From an uncultured Ignavibacteriaceae bacterium (GTDB lineage Bacteria > Bacteroidota > Ignavibacteria > Tepidaquicellales > Tepidaquicellaceae), in NCBI GenBank assembly GCA_964561045.1, contig CAZLOL010000001.1:23450-87449 (forward strand): a stretch of 64,000 nt of DNA, written 5' to 3'. The notes beneath the pieces were generated by a model. That model searched no databases, was not told the DNA's origin, and was given only the letters and a program-made list of their open reading frames with translations. Below, one piece after another: positions 44,787 through 54,526 of the stretch. A program made the translations under genes and the position numbers. The number at the start of each line of letters is the position of its first letter. Position 1 is the stretch's first letter.

Positions 44787-45764
44787 TTGGAAAAGAACAA
44801 AATAAGCGGCAGTACAATACTAGTTACAGGCGGGGCAGGATTTATCGGCTCATATTTAACAGAGGAAATTTTAAAGTACTCACCTGCAAAGGTCATTATA
44901 GTTGACAATCTTATCAGGGGAAATTTCGAAAACATGAAAGAATTCATTGACAACCCGGCAGTAGAATTTATAGAAGGGGACATAAAGAATGAATCCTTGA
45001 TTGAAAAATGTATTTCACAGAGTGATTATATCTTTCATATGGCGGCATTACGGATTAACGCCTGCGCAGCGGATCCTACCGACGGATTTGAAACAATGGT
45101 AAGAGCGCCGTTCATAATAGCAGAGCTTGCAAGAAAATATAAAATTAAAAAAATAATATACAGCTCAAGCGCTTCTGTATATGGACTTGCTCAGCATTTT
45201 CCAACACCTGAATCTGATAATCCTTATGACAATCAGACATTCTACGGAGCTGCAAAATTATTCGGAGAGCAGCTTTTCAGAAGCTACAAATTCATGTTCG
45301 GTATGGATTATGTTGCACTAAGATATTTCAACGTTTATGGTCCGAGAATGGACACTGACGGTAAGTATACTGAAGTTATGATAAAATGGCTGGACTGTAT
45401 CAGAGACAACAAAGCTCCTGTGATTCACGGGGACGGCAGTACATCAATGGATTTTATATATGTGAAAGATGTAGCAGAAGCAAATGTAATGGCACTATTA
45501 TCAGAAGTAACAGATGAAAACTTTAACATCGGCTACAGCCGTGAGACAAGCTTAAAAGAGCTGCTTGAGCTGATGATCAAAATAAATGAAAGTAAGATCA
45601 AACCAGTGTTTACGGAAAGCAATGCTGTCAACCCTGTAAGCAGAAGACTTTCCGACAACAAAAAAGCCGGAAAACTTTTAAAATTTTATCCCAAGACAAA
45701 ACTTGAGCAAGGGTTAAAAGAATTAAGCGAGTGGTATTTTGAGAAAACAAAAATAACAAATTAG
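44787..45764 (+). CDS. Extended SDR, NAD-dependent nucleotide-sugar epimerase/dehydratase/decarboxylase family (canonical active site)
   Basis: TTG start is forced by ILVTGGAGFIGSYL at residue 10. Motifs SSSASVYG and YGAAKLFGE (YxxxK). Confidence 0.85.
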   Translation: MEKNKISGSTILVTGGAGFIGSYLTEEILKYSPAKVIIVDNLIRGNFENMKEFIDNPAVEFIEGDIKNESLIEKCISQSDYIFHMAALRINACAADPTDGFETMVRAPFIIAELARKYKIKKIIYSSSASVYGLAQHFPTPESDNPYDNQTFYGAAKLFGEQLFRSYKFMFGMDYVALRYFNVYGPRMDTDGKYTEVMIKWLDCIRDNKAPVIHGDGSTSMDFIYVKDVAEANVMALLSEVTDENFNIGYSRETSLKELLELMIKINESKIKPVFTESNAVNPVSRRLSDNKKAGKLLKFYPKTKLEQGLKELSEWYFEKTKITN

Positions 45765-45765
45765 C

Positions 45766-46896
45766 ATGATCCCAATAGCAAAACCGTATTTAACTAAAGA
45801 TGAAGCACAAAGTGCATATGATACTATATTATCAGGCTGGGTAACACAAGGACCCAGGGTAGAAGAGTTTGAGAGAAAATTCTGTGAATACACAGGGGCA
45901 GAATTTGCAGTCGCTGTATCAAACTGCACAACAGCGCTTCATCTCGCGATGATCGCAGCAGGAATAGGCAAAGATGATGAAGTGATCTGTCCATCCATGA
46001 GCTATATTGCTACAGCCAACTGTATAAAGTATGTAGGTGCGAAGCCTGTATTTGCTGAAGTAGAAAAAGATACATATAACATAAGCGTAAATCATACAGA
46101 AGAATTAATTACTGAAAAAACAAAAGCAGTCCTAATTGTACATCAGATCGGAATGCCGGCTGACATTGATTCTTTCAAATCTTTGTGTGATAAATATAAA
46201 ATTAAACTTATAGAGGATGCAGCTTGTGCTATCGGGTCTTCATATAAGGGAAAGAAGATAGGCTCACATTCCGAACTTGTTTGCTTTTCATTTCATCCAA
46301 GAAAAGTAATTACAACAGGTGAAGGCGGTATGATCGCCACTTCAAATGAGAAATATTACAGCAGATTAAAACTTCTGAGACAGCATGCAATGTCAGTCAA
46401 TGACAGAGTGAGACATCAGTCCGATAAGATAATATTTGAAGACCATCTGGAACTGGGATACAATTACCGCATGACGGATTTCCAGGCAGCAGTAGGATTA
46501 AGGCAGCTGGAAAAACTTGACTGGATAGTGAATGAAAGAAGAAAGATAGCATTGAAATATATAAGTGAATTAAAATACATTGACTGCATAAGATTACCGG
46601 AAGAAAAGGAAGGCTATTTCTCAAATTATCAGTCTTTCAGTATTTATCTGAAAGAAAACTGTCCGGTAAACAGAAATGATCTGATGCAGAAATTACTGGA
46701 TGGAGGTATTTCCTCAAGACGGGGAATTATGACCAGCCACAGAGAAACTGCTTTCAGGGATGAGTACAAGTCAGTGAAATTACCGGATTCTGAAGATGCA
46801 AGTGACAGGAGCATCATGATACCTATTTACATACCTATGGATAATAATGAAGTTGATCAGGTAATTGGTAATCTTAAAAAAATAATTTCTTCTTAA
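45766..46896 (+). CDS. DegT/DnrJ/EryC1/StrS family sugar aminotransferase (ArnB-like by context)
   Basis: Motifs SNCTTALHLAM and FSFHPRKVITTGEGGMIATS. Confidence 0.9.
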   Translation: MIPIAKPYLTKDEAQSAYDTILSGWVTQGPRVEEFERKFCEYTGAEFAVAVSNCTTALHLAMIAAGIGKDDEVICPSMSYIATANCIKYVGAKPVFAEVEKDTYNISVNHTEELITEKTKAVLIVHQIGMPADIDSFKSLCDKYKIKLIEDAACAIGSSYKGKKIGSHSELVCFSFHPRKVITTGEGGMIATSNEKYYSRLKLLRQHAMSVNDRVRHQSDKIIFEDHLELGYNYRMTDFQAAVGLRQLEKLDWIVNERRKIALKYISELKYIDCIRLPEEKEGYFSNYQSFSIYLKENCPVNRNDLMQKLLDGGISSRRGIMTSHRETAFRDEYKSVKLPDSEDASDRSIMIPIYIPMDNNEVDQVIGNLKKIISS

Positions 46897-46912
46897 AATA
46901 TCAGTAAAAGTC

Positions 46913-47698
46913 ATGAATAAGTATCTGGAAAAGCATATCTGGAAGAATAAATACAAAAATCTTTTGAGCTACAAAATCCCTTTTCCGGAAAATAAATTTG
47001 TAATTTACACCAGAGGAAGAACAGGAAGCACAGTACTTACTGATTTGCTGAATTGTCATCCGGACATTTTCTGCGATGTAGAAATATTTAATTTCATGTA
47101 TTCAAAAGGTGTAGTAGCATTTCCAATATCATACATAAAAAGCTGCAGTAAAAGAGCGGCTTTATATAAAAGATCAACTTATGGTTTTAAGGTTAAGATA
47201 GCCCAGTTAAGATATGAACATAAGTACAGTAATTATGAAAAGATACTGAGAGATCTGAATTCTGACGGATGGAAATTCATTTATCTGAAAAGAGAGAATT
47301 TTCTCAGACATAAGTTATCAAATATAGTATCATCAGAATCTAAAATATTTCATTTAAAGAATTCAGATAAAGTTAAGCCGCTGAAGATCAGAATAGACTG
47401 CAATTCATTACTGGATGGAATAAAATTCAGTGAAGAAGTAGAAAAGACAGAAAAAGAAAATCTAAGAAACATTCCTCATTTGACACTAATATACGAAAAT
47501 GACATTATAGATAATTCAAAACATCAGGAGACAGCTGACAGTGTTTTTAGTTATTTAGGTCTGAAATCCTGCAGAGTATCAACAAATTATAAGAGGATAA
47601 TTCCTGATAATCTTGATGAGACCATACAGAACTATGATGAAGTATATGGCTTTTTTAAAGATACGGAATACTCAAAGTATCTAAATAAACATTTCTGA
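46913..47698 (+). CDS. Putative PAPS-dependent sulfotransferase (Stf0-like)
   Basis: IYTRGRTGSTVLTDLL is a 5'-PSB-like loop, and FIYLKRENFLRHKLSNIVS is 3'-PB-like (RxxxxxxxS). This is a motif-level call only. Confidence 0.45.
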   Translation: MNKYLEKHIWKNKYKNLLSYKIPFPENKFVIYTRGRTGSTVLTDLLNCHPDIFCDVEIFNFMYSKGVVAFPISYIKSCSKRAALYKRSTYGFKVKIAQLRYEHKYSNYEKILRDLNSDGWKFIYLKRENFLRHKLSNIVSSESKIFHLKNSDKVKPLKIRIDCNSLLDGIKFSEEVEKTEKENLRNIPHLTLIYENDIIDNSKHQETADSVFSYLGLKSCRVSTNYKRIIPDNLDETIQNYDEVYGFFKDTEYSKYLNKHF

Positions 47699-48465
47699 TG
47701 AAAGTATTTGACGGATATGCGAAATATTACGATCTGCTTTATAAAGAAAAGGATTACAGATCAGAAGCTGAATATATAATTAAGATTATAAAAGATTGTG
47801 TTCCGGAAGCAAGGAATATATTGGACCTGGGTTGTGGAACAGGAAAACACGATCTTATTTTTGTAAAAAACAATTACCAGGTTACGGGTGTTGAACTATC
47901 ACAAAAAATGACAGATCTTGCCAATAGTAATATTCTTTCTGAGACAGGGGGAAGTCAGGAAATAAAATTCATAAACGGAGATTTAAGAAGTATAAGGCTT
48001 AATCAAAAATTTGATATAATTACATCTTTGTTTCATGTGATCAACTACCAGACAACCAATGAAGATCTGAGAGCAGCATTCAGAACAGTAAAAGAACATC
48101 TCAGTCCAAATGGCAAGTTTATTTTTGATTTCTGGTACGGACCCGCAGTCTTGAGTGACAGACCGGTATCAAGGATCAGGAAAATGGAAGATGAAGAATG
48201 CATTATTGAAAGGCATACAGAACCGGTCATTAATGTAAATGAGAATTATGTTGATGTAAATTTTAGGATATCGATAACTGAAAAACAAAGGACTACGAAA
48301 CAGGAATTAAATGAAACTCACAGGATGAGATATTTATTTTTACCGGAGATAATTTTATTTCTGGAAGAGCAAAACATGAAGATTGAACACTGTGAAGAGT
48401 GGATGAAAGATAATTGCTTATCAGATAGAAGCTGGTACGGAATAGCTGTAGCCGGTAATATGTAA
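47698..48465 (+). CDS. Class I SAM-dependent methyltransferase
   Basis: Motif I is ILDLGCGTGKHDL, with FDIITSLFHVINY. There is a TGATG start/stop overlap. Confidence 0.85.
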   Translation: MKVFDGYAKYYDLLYKEKDYRSEAEYIIKIIKDCVPEARNILDLGCGTGKHDLIFVKNNYQVTGVELSQKMTDLANSNILSETGGSQEIKFINGDLRSIRLNQKFDIITSLFHVINYQTTNEDLRAAFRTVKEHLSPNGKFIFDFWYGPAVLSDRPVSRIRKMEDEECIIERHTEPVINVNENYVDVNFRISITEKQRTTKQELNETHRMRYLFLPEIILFLEEQNMKIEHCEEWMKDNCLSDRSWYGIAVAGNM

Positions 48466-48487
48466 TAATAATAACAAATTCCCCAAA

Positions 48488-49696
48488 ATGAAATCAATAG
48501 CAATTATAACTCCAAAAACCGACACGTTCAGTAATCCTTCTCTTATTCTTTTGTTTGAAAGATTAATAAAAGAAAATTATAAAATACTTTTTTTTGCATT
48601 TGATCAGCTTTTTATTCCCCGTGAAATCAGGGAAAAGATTGAGATCCATGAAATTCCGTTCAATTACTTTTCATTTTTTAAAAGACCCAAGCTTTACAGA
48701 AGACCTTATGATCTGATGAAAATGATAAAGCAATACAGGGAAATTCACAGATTGTTTAAAGTAAAAAATAAAGTTGATACAATGATTTGCATAGACCCTA
48801 TGGGTATGGTTTATGGCGGACGAATAAAGAAATTTATTGATGTTAATATCATTTATTTTTCTTTCGAAATATTCTTTGAAGATGAATTCTATGATGAAGA
48901 AAAAAAGCTGATTAAAACACTAGAAAAAAAATATTCCCGCAAAGCAGATTCTGTCATCGTGCAGGATAAAACAAGGGAGAAATTACTCAGGGAGGAAAAC
49001 AATTTTAAAGAAGGCGTTAAATATTTTCATGTACCTGTTTCCCCTGAATATTCCTCAATAAATAAGGCTGAATATGATATTTACAGCGAGTTAAATATTC
49101 CCCGGAATAAAACAATTGTTGTATATTCCGGAAATCTGCAGAGATGGAGCGGTATAAATGAGATCATAGATCTTTTTCCTGAAAAATGGAATAATGACTT
49201 TTGGTTTGTTATTCACTCTCATTTTATTATGAATAAGGACAGTGTTTTAAGAATAAGATTAGAGGATATGATTAAGGATAACATGAATATTTCTTTTCAT
49301 AATAAGCCTTTCTATCATACTAAAGATTACTATGAATTTTTATCCTGCTGTCATATAGGGGTGGCAATATACATTCCTAATACAATCGATTTCTTTGCAG
49401 GCAGGAATATTTCAGAAATCGGACTTTCATCAGGAAAATTTTCAACATATATGATGCTTGGTCTTCCTACAGTTACAACCTCAAACAGCATATATAAGGA
49501 GCTTAATGGAGTTTACAATTTTGGGGAGACCATAAATGATATAGAAGAGATTCCCGCTAAACTTACAGAGATCAAAAATAATTATGATCAAAAGAAGAAG
49601 GGATGCAGGGATGTTTTCGAAAAGGAGCTTGATCCTTTAGCAAAGATAGATTTATTAATGGATCAGATAGAAGAGTATTCAGAGTCATTAAAATGA
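48488..49696 (+). CDS. Divergent GT-B-fold glycosyltransferase (GT4-like)
   Basis: Motifs IVVYSGNLQRWSGINEIIDLF and GLSSGKFSTYMMLGLPTVTTSNSIY. The canonical EX7E motif is not obvious. Confidence 0.4.
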   Translation: MKSIAIITPKTDTFSNPSLILLFERLIKENYKILFFAFDQLFIPREIREKIEIHEIPFNYFSFFKRPKLYRRPYDLMKMIKQYREIHRLFKVKNKVDTMICIDPMGMVYGGRIKKFIDVNIIYFSFEIFFEDEFYDEEKKLIKTLEKKYSRKADSVIVQDKTREKLLREENNFKEGVKYFHVPVSPEYSSINKAEYDIYSELNIPRNKTIVVYSGNLQRWSGINEIIDLFPEKWNNDFWFVIHSHFIMNKDSVLRIRLEDMIKDNMNISFHNKPFYHTKDYYEFLSCCHIGVAIYIPNTIDFFAGRNISEIGLSSGKFSTYMMLGLPTVTTSNSIYKELNGVYNFGETINDIEEIPAKLTEIKNNYDQKKKGCRDVFEKELDPLAKIDLLMDQIEEYSESLK

Positions 49697-50862
49697 GACC
49701 AGAGGAAAAATATTTCAGCGAAAGCATGTTAAGCGCTCTTCCGGATCCACCTGAAGGAAATAAAGGATGGCCGTGGACAGAAGAAACTGACAGGAAAATT
49801 TACAAAGGCATAAGTTCTTTTCCAAGAATATCCATTGTTACTCCCAGTTATAATCAGGGAATGTATATAGAACAGACAATAAGATCAGTACTTCTCCAGA
49901 ATTATCCGGATCTTGAATACATAATCATTGATGGGGGAAGCAATGACAATACTATTGATATAATTAAAAAATATGAACCATGGTTAAAATATTGGGTAAG
50001 TGAAAAAGATCACGGGCAGACTAATGCAATAAACAAGGGAATTTTAAAATGTGATGGAGAAATATTCAACTGGCTAAACAGTGATGATTATTACAGCAAA
50101 GGATGCTTTAAATATCTGGCGGAAAATTTCGAAGATAAAAATACAGATATCGTTGCCGGCAAATACAGGTTCTTTTTTGAAAATGAGAATAAAGAGAAAG
50201 TCATAGAACTAAAACTGAGAAGTACGATTGAAGAATCCATAGCGTTAGTTGCTATGAATCAACCATCTACTTTTTTCAGGTTGCCTGTATTACGGTCTCT
50301 GGGAAAATTAGATGAGAACCTGAATTATCTGATGGATCAGGATATATGGAAAAAATATCTGTTTAAATTCGGACAGGACAAAATAAAGATAATAAATAAT
50401 ATCCTTGTATCATTCAGATACCATCCGGATTCCAAGACATCTCAATTTAATTTCATTAATGAATATTTCGGAATATTTTATTCAATTGCTGAGAAAGCGG
50501 GAATGCCAAAGCACCAGGAAGTTTTGAAAACAATCTACGGCGGAGATATTATTTCCGGATACAGTATCAGGTTCAGTTTTTCAAAAGATAAGTTAAAACT
50601 GGCCAGGAAAGTAATAAACAGTTTGTTTCTTTTTAATGCAAGAACTGCATATACGGAAAAAAACATTTCTCAGCTTAATTTGTGGCTTTCTGTAATTGAA
50701 AATAAGTGGTTAAATGAAAAGCAAAGAAATGATCTGTTAATATTAAAAGTAAAAGCAAATCTTATAAAATTTAAACTGGGTCCGGTGATAAGTATGATAA
50801 ACAGAAGAAACAACAGTTCAAAATCAAAACTAAAGCCGGCTGACTCTGTTAAAAGTATATAA
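49693..50862 (+). CDS. Glycosyltransferase family 2
   Basis: Motifs FPRISIVTPSYNQGMYIEQTIRSVLLQNYPDLEYIIIDGGSNDNT and LNSDDYY. Confidence 0.85.
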   Translation: MRPEEKYFSESMLSALPDPPEGNKGWPWTEETDRKIYKGISSFPRISIVTPSYNQGMYIEQTIRSVLLQNYPDLEYIIIDGGSNDNTIDIIKKYEPWLKYWVSEKDHGQTNAINKGILKCDGEIFNWLNSDDYYSKGCFKYLAENFEDKNTDIVAGKYRFFFENENKEKVIELKLRSTIEESIALVAMNQPSTFFRLPVLRSLGKLDENLNYLMDQDIWKKYLFKFGQDKIKIINNILVSFRYHPDSKTSQFNFINEYFGIFYSIAEKAGMPKHQEVLKTIYGGDIISGYSIRFSFSKDKLKLARKVINSLFLFNARTAYTEKNISQLNLWLSVIENKWLNEKQRNDLLILKVKANLIKFKLGPVISMINRRNNSSKSKLKPADSVKSI

Positions 50863-50898
50863 CTGACATCAGGGCTGCATTAAATAAATCCCAATATT

Positions 50899-52026
50899 TT
50901 GAATAAAATAGCATTTGTTTCCACAAACAAGTCTTCCTGGGGAGGAAGTGAGTATTTATGGTACCTGACAGCATTAAGACTAAAGGATTCAGGGAAAACA
51001 ATTATTGCAAGTGTTCCCCGGTGGAAGAATATTCCTGAGAACATAGATGAACTAAAAAGCAAAAACATTACTGTTCTATACAATACAGATTATCCGAAAT
51101 ATAAAAAATTAATTAACAGGATTGTCCCCAAATCTATTCAGCTAAATCATGAAGAAGACGGGTATAAATTTTTACTTGATTTCAAACCTGATATTGTAAT
51201 AGTATGCCAGGGAGGTAATACAGGCGGGATCGATCTTATGGAATACTGCATTAGGCATGATATGAAATTCGTAACAATTTCAAATGCAGCAAACGAAGCA
51301 AAATGGCCTTCAGATGAACTCAATAAGAGATTGTCCGCTGCGCTGCCAAGAGCTATAAAAAATTATTATGTCAGCAGGGCAAACTTAGAGCTTACGGAAA
51401 TACAAATAGGTCAAAGAATAACGAATTCAGGAATATTATTTAATCCATTCAATGTTGATTACAATAATGATATTCAGTATCCTGATGTTAAAGACAATTA
51501 CATCCTTGCAAATGTAGCCAGACATGAATTTTATGCAAAAGGCCAGGATATTTTATTTCAGGTACTGAATGAAAAAAAATGGAAGGAAAGAAATTTAATA
51601 GTAAACCTTTACGGCAAAGGAGAGAACACATATTCATTAAGAAAGCTTAAGAATTTTTATGACCTGAAAAATGTAAGCATTGAAGGTCATATTGATCCCA
51701 AGGAAATATGGAAACGCTGTCATGCTTTAATTTTGACTTCAAGATATGAAGGTCTTCCTCTTGCTCTTGTAGAAGCAATGTTATGCGGAAGATTCGGAAT
51801 AGTTACAAAAGTCAGCGGAAATCCCGAAGTAATCATTGATAATGAAAATGGTTTCCTTGCCAGAGCTGCCTCAGCAGAATTTGCAGATGAAGCCATGGAA
51901 AGAGCATGGCAGAAAAGAAAAGGGTGGGATATGATCGGAACCAAGTCGAAAGAATACATAAGATCACTCATTCCGGAAGATCCTGTCAAATATTTCTGCA
52001 ATGAACTTAATCAACTCAAATTATAA
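50899..52026 (+). CDS. Glycosyltransferase family 4 (GT-B)
   Basis: TTG start. Motif SRYEGLPLALVEAMLCGRFGIVTKVSGNPEVIIDNENGFL (EX7E region). Confidence 0.8.
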   Translation: MNKIAFVSTNKSSWGGSEYLWYLTALRLKDSGKTIIASVPRWKNIPENIDELKSKNITVLYNTDYPKYKKLINRIVPKSIQLNHEEDGYKFLLDFKPDIVIVCQGGNTGGIDLMEYCIRHDMKFVTISNAANEAKWPSDELNKRLSAALPRAIKNYYVSRANLELTEIQIGQRITNSGILFNPFNVDYNNDIQYPDVKDNYILANVARHEFYAKGQDILFQVLNEKKWKERNLIVNLYGKGENTYSLRKLKNFYDLKNVSIEGHIDPKEIWKRCHALILTSRYEGLPLALVEAMLCGRFGIVTKVSGNPEVIIDNENGFLARAASAEFADEAMERAWQKRKGWDMIGTKSKEYIRSLIPEDPVKYFCNELNQLKL

Positions 52027-52091
52027 AACAGAAAAATATTTCCGAATTAATTGTATTAAAATAAACTTTAAAAAACATCTGATAATTCTTA

Positions 52092-53327
52092 TTGAATTCC
52101 GAAAAGAAAAAATATAAAATCTGCATAGTTTCGGCGATACTACCTCCTGCATACGGAGGCGCTGAAGTTGCAGCATTTAAATATGCTAACAGGCTGAATA
52201 AAGATCCTGAATCTGAGGTAATAATCATAGGATGGGACAGAACCGGCGCATATAAACAGAGTGAGATAAAATATGATTTTGTTTATTCTGTAACTTTTCC
52301 GGAGAATCCAAAAGATGCAGATGGAATTCTTATATATTTTCAGCAGATGTATCACATGTGGAACTGTTTCTGGGCATTACTTAAACCAATGTACAAACTT
52401 AAAGACAATTATGAATATATACACAATTTTAATTCAGGATTTGCATTCAACCGGGTATCAATATTCATTGCAAAGATGTTAGGGAAAAAAGTTATAACTG
52501 AAACTTCATTAGTTGGAGATGATGATCCACTGTCTCTTGGCAGATTTCCTGACTGGAAAGATTATTTCAAACCAAAATATATAAGATATAGATTTTACAA
52601 AATGGCTGACAGGTATGTGAGTAAATCTGAAGTGATAACTGAAATTTTCGAGAAGTCTGAAATACCAATGAATAAAGTAGTAGAGATCCCTTATTCGGTA
52701 GATACAAATCTATATAAACCATTAAGCAGAGAAAGCAAATCAGAAATGAGAAAAAAGCTGGGATTATGGCCTGACGGAAAAATAATCCTTTTTGTTGGAG
52801 GAATAAACGTACGTAAAGGAGTTCATATTCTGCTAGATGCATTTATCTCACTTGAAAAAAAATATCCGGATATAAAACTATTGATAGTTGGTCCAACATA
52901 TAAATACGACAAGAAATATATTTCCGATATTAAGGAAAAGATAATAAATTTAAATTTATCCGGAAAAGTGATTCTTACTGAAAACAATATTTCGAATGTT
53001 CATGAATATATGCAGAGTTCGGATATATTCACGCTTCCATCCAGGCAGGAAGGATTCCCGATATCAATCCTTGAGGCAATGTCGAGCGGACTTATTGTTA
53101 TCGGTTCGGACATACCTGAAATAGCGCGTGCACAGATCACAAACGGAAAGGATGGTTTTGTATTTCCTGTCGGCAACTCACAAAATCTGGCAGAAGTCTT
53201 TGAAATAGTTTTAAATAATGATAGCTCTAATAAAAAGATTTCAGAAGAAGCACGTAATAAAGTGATCAGTAAATGGTCAACGGAAATTGTTGACAAATCA
53301 TATAAAGATCTCTACAGTTCTATTTAA
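52092..53327 (+). CDS. Glycosyltransferase family 4 (GT-B)
   Basis: TTG start. Motifs ILPPAYGGAEV and PSRQEGFPISILEAMSSGLIVIGSDIPEI...GKDGFVF. Confidence 0.85.
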   Translation: MNSEKKKYKICIVSAILPPAYGGAEVAAFKYANRLNKDPESEVIIIGWDRTGAYKQSEIKYDFVYSVTFPENPKDADGILIYFQQMYHMWNCFWALLKPMYKLKDNYEYIHNFNSGFAFNRVSIFIAKMLGKKVITETSLVGDDDPLSLGRFPDWKDYFKPKYIRYRFYKMADRYVSKSEVITEIFEKSEIPMNKVVEIPYSVDTNLYKPLSRESKSEMRKKLGLWPDGKIILFVGGINVRKGVHILLDAFISLEKKYPDIKLLIVGPTYKYDKKYISDIKEKIINLNLSGKVILTENNISNVHEYMQSSDIFTLPSRQEGFPISILEAMSSGLIVIGSDIPEIARAQITNGKDGFVFPVGNSQNLAEVFEIVLNNDSSNKKISEEARNKVISKWSTEIVDKSYKDLYSSI

Positions 53328-53365
53328 ATTAAATAATGAAACAGATTGATATAGCATAGAGTTGA

Positions 53366-54526
53366 ATGAAGAAAGAAATTCGAAAAAAAATCAGAATATT
53401 ATATACAATACCTAATTTTAATACGGCAGGAAGCGGCAAGGCTCTTATTAATGTCATATCAAGAATTGATAAAAATATTTTTGAACCTTATATATGCTGC
53501 CGACATGAAAGAGGAGATCTTTTTAACACCGCAAAATCACTCAACATTCCGATTTATATTTCAGAATTCTCCGCTCCTATGAAGCCAAGATTAAAAGGAA
53601 TGGAAAGTGTATATAAATTAACCAGGTTTTTTAAAGAAATTAATCCCGATATAATACATTCATATAACTATTCGGACGATTATTCAGAAGCACTAGCTGC
53701 AAAGCTGTCCGGTATAAAGTGGGTATATACAAAAAAGAATATGGGATGGGGAAGTAATGCATGGAAGATCAGAACAAAATTAGCGGATGCAATCATCCCT
53801 CAAAATCAGGAAATGGTAGAGGTATTTTTTAAAGGTATCAGAAAGTATTCACTTATCCCGATAGGAATTGATCTGGATGAATTTTCAGATATAAAAAAAG
53901 ATAAAGGTCTGGCTGAAAAGTACGGGCTGGAGAGTTCGTATCCTGTTGTTCTTACAATTGCAAATATTATTCCGATAAAAGGGATCGATTATTTAATAAA
54001 AGGTTTCAGCTTAATAAGTGAAGATTTTGAAAATCCGAAATTACTAATTGTTGGTGAAGATAAAACTGATTATGCAGACATGCTCAAAGAGAAAGTGAAG
54101 GAAATGGGATTTAATGACAGGATCATTTTTATGGGAAAACAGAGTAACATCAGATCATTTTTCAGCATAGCAGATATTTTCATATTATCTTCAATGAAGA
54201 CAGGAGAAGGCGGACCGATATCAGTACTTGAAGCTATGGCAAGCGGAGTATTAAGCTATGGCAGCAATGTGCCGGGTATAAGGGATCAGTTCAGGGAGTT
54301 TCAGGATCAGTTATTTGAATCTGAAAATCCGGGTTCAATAGCAAACAAGATCTTACATTTCTCCAAAATGAGTAAGGACGAAAAGGAAAAAAGAATAAAT
54401 GCACAAAGGGAGTTTATAAGGATCAATTATTCAATAGAGAATGAAATAATGAGACTTCAGCAGCTTTACGTAAAAGTGTACGAGTCAAAGAATAATACAA
54501 ATTTTAATTTTGAGGAATCCGTTTAA
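53366..54526 (+). CDS. Glycosyltransferase family 4 (GT-B)
   Basis: Motifs IPNFNTAGSGKAL and SSMKTGEGGPISVLEAMASGVLSYGSNVPGIRDQF. Confidence 0.85.
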   Translation: MKKEIRKKIRILYTIPNFNTAGSGKALINVISRIDKNIFEPYICCRHERGDLFNTAKSLNIPIYISEFSAPMKPRLKGMESVYKLTRFFKEINPDIIHSYNYSDDYSEALAAKLSGIKWVYTKKNMGWGSNAWKIRTKLADAIIPQNQEMVEVFFKGIRKYSLIPIGIDLDEFSDIKKDKGLAEKYGLESSYPVVLTIANIIPIKGIDYLIKGFSLISEDFENPKLLIVGEDKTDYADMLKEKVKEMGFNDRIIFMGKQSNIRSFFSIADIFILSSMKTGEGGPISVLEAMASGVLSYGSNVPGIRDQFREFQDQLFESENPGSIANKILHFSKMSKDEKEKRINAQREFIRINYSIENEIMRLQQLYVKVYESKNNTNFNFEESV

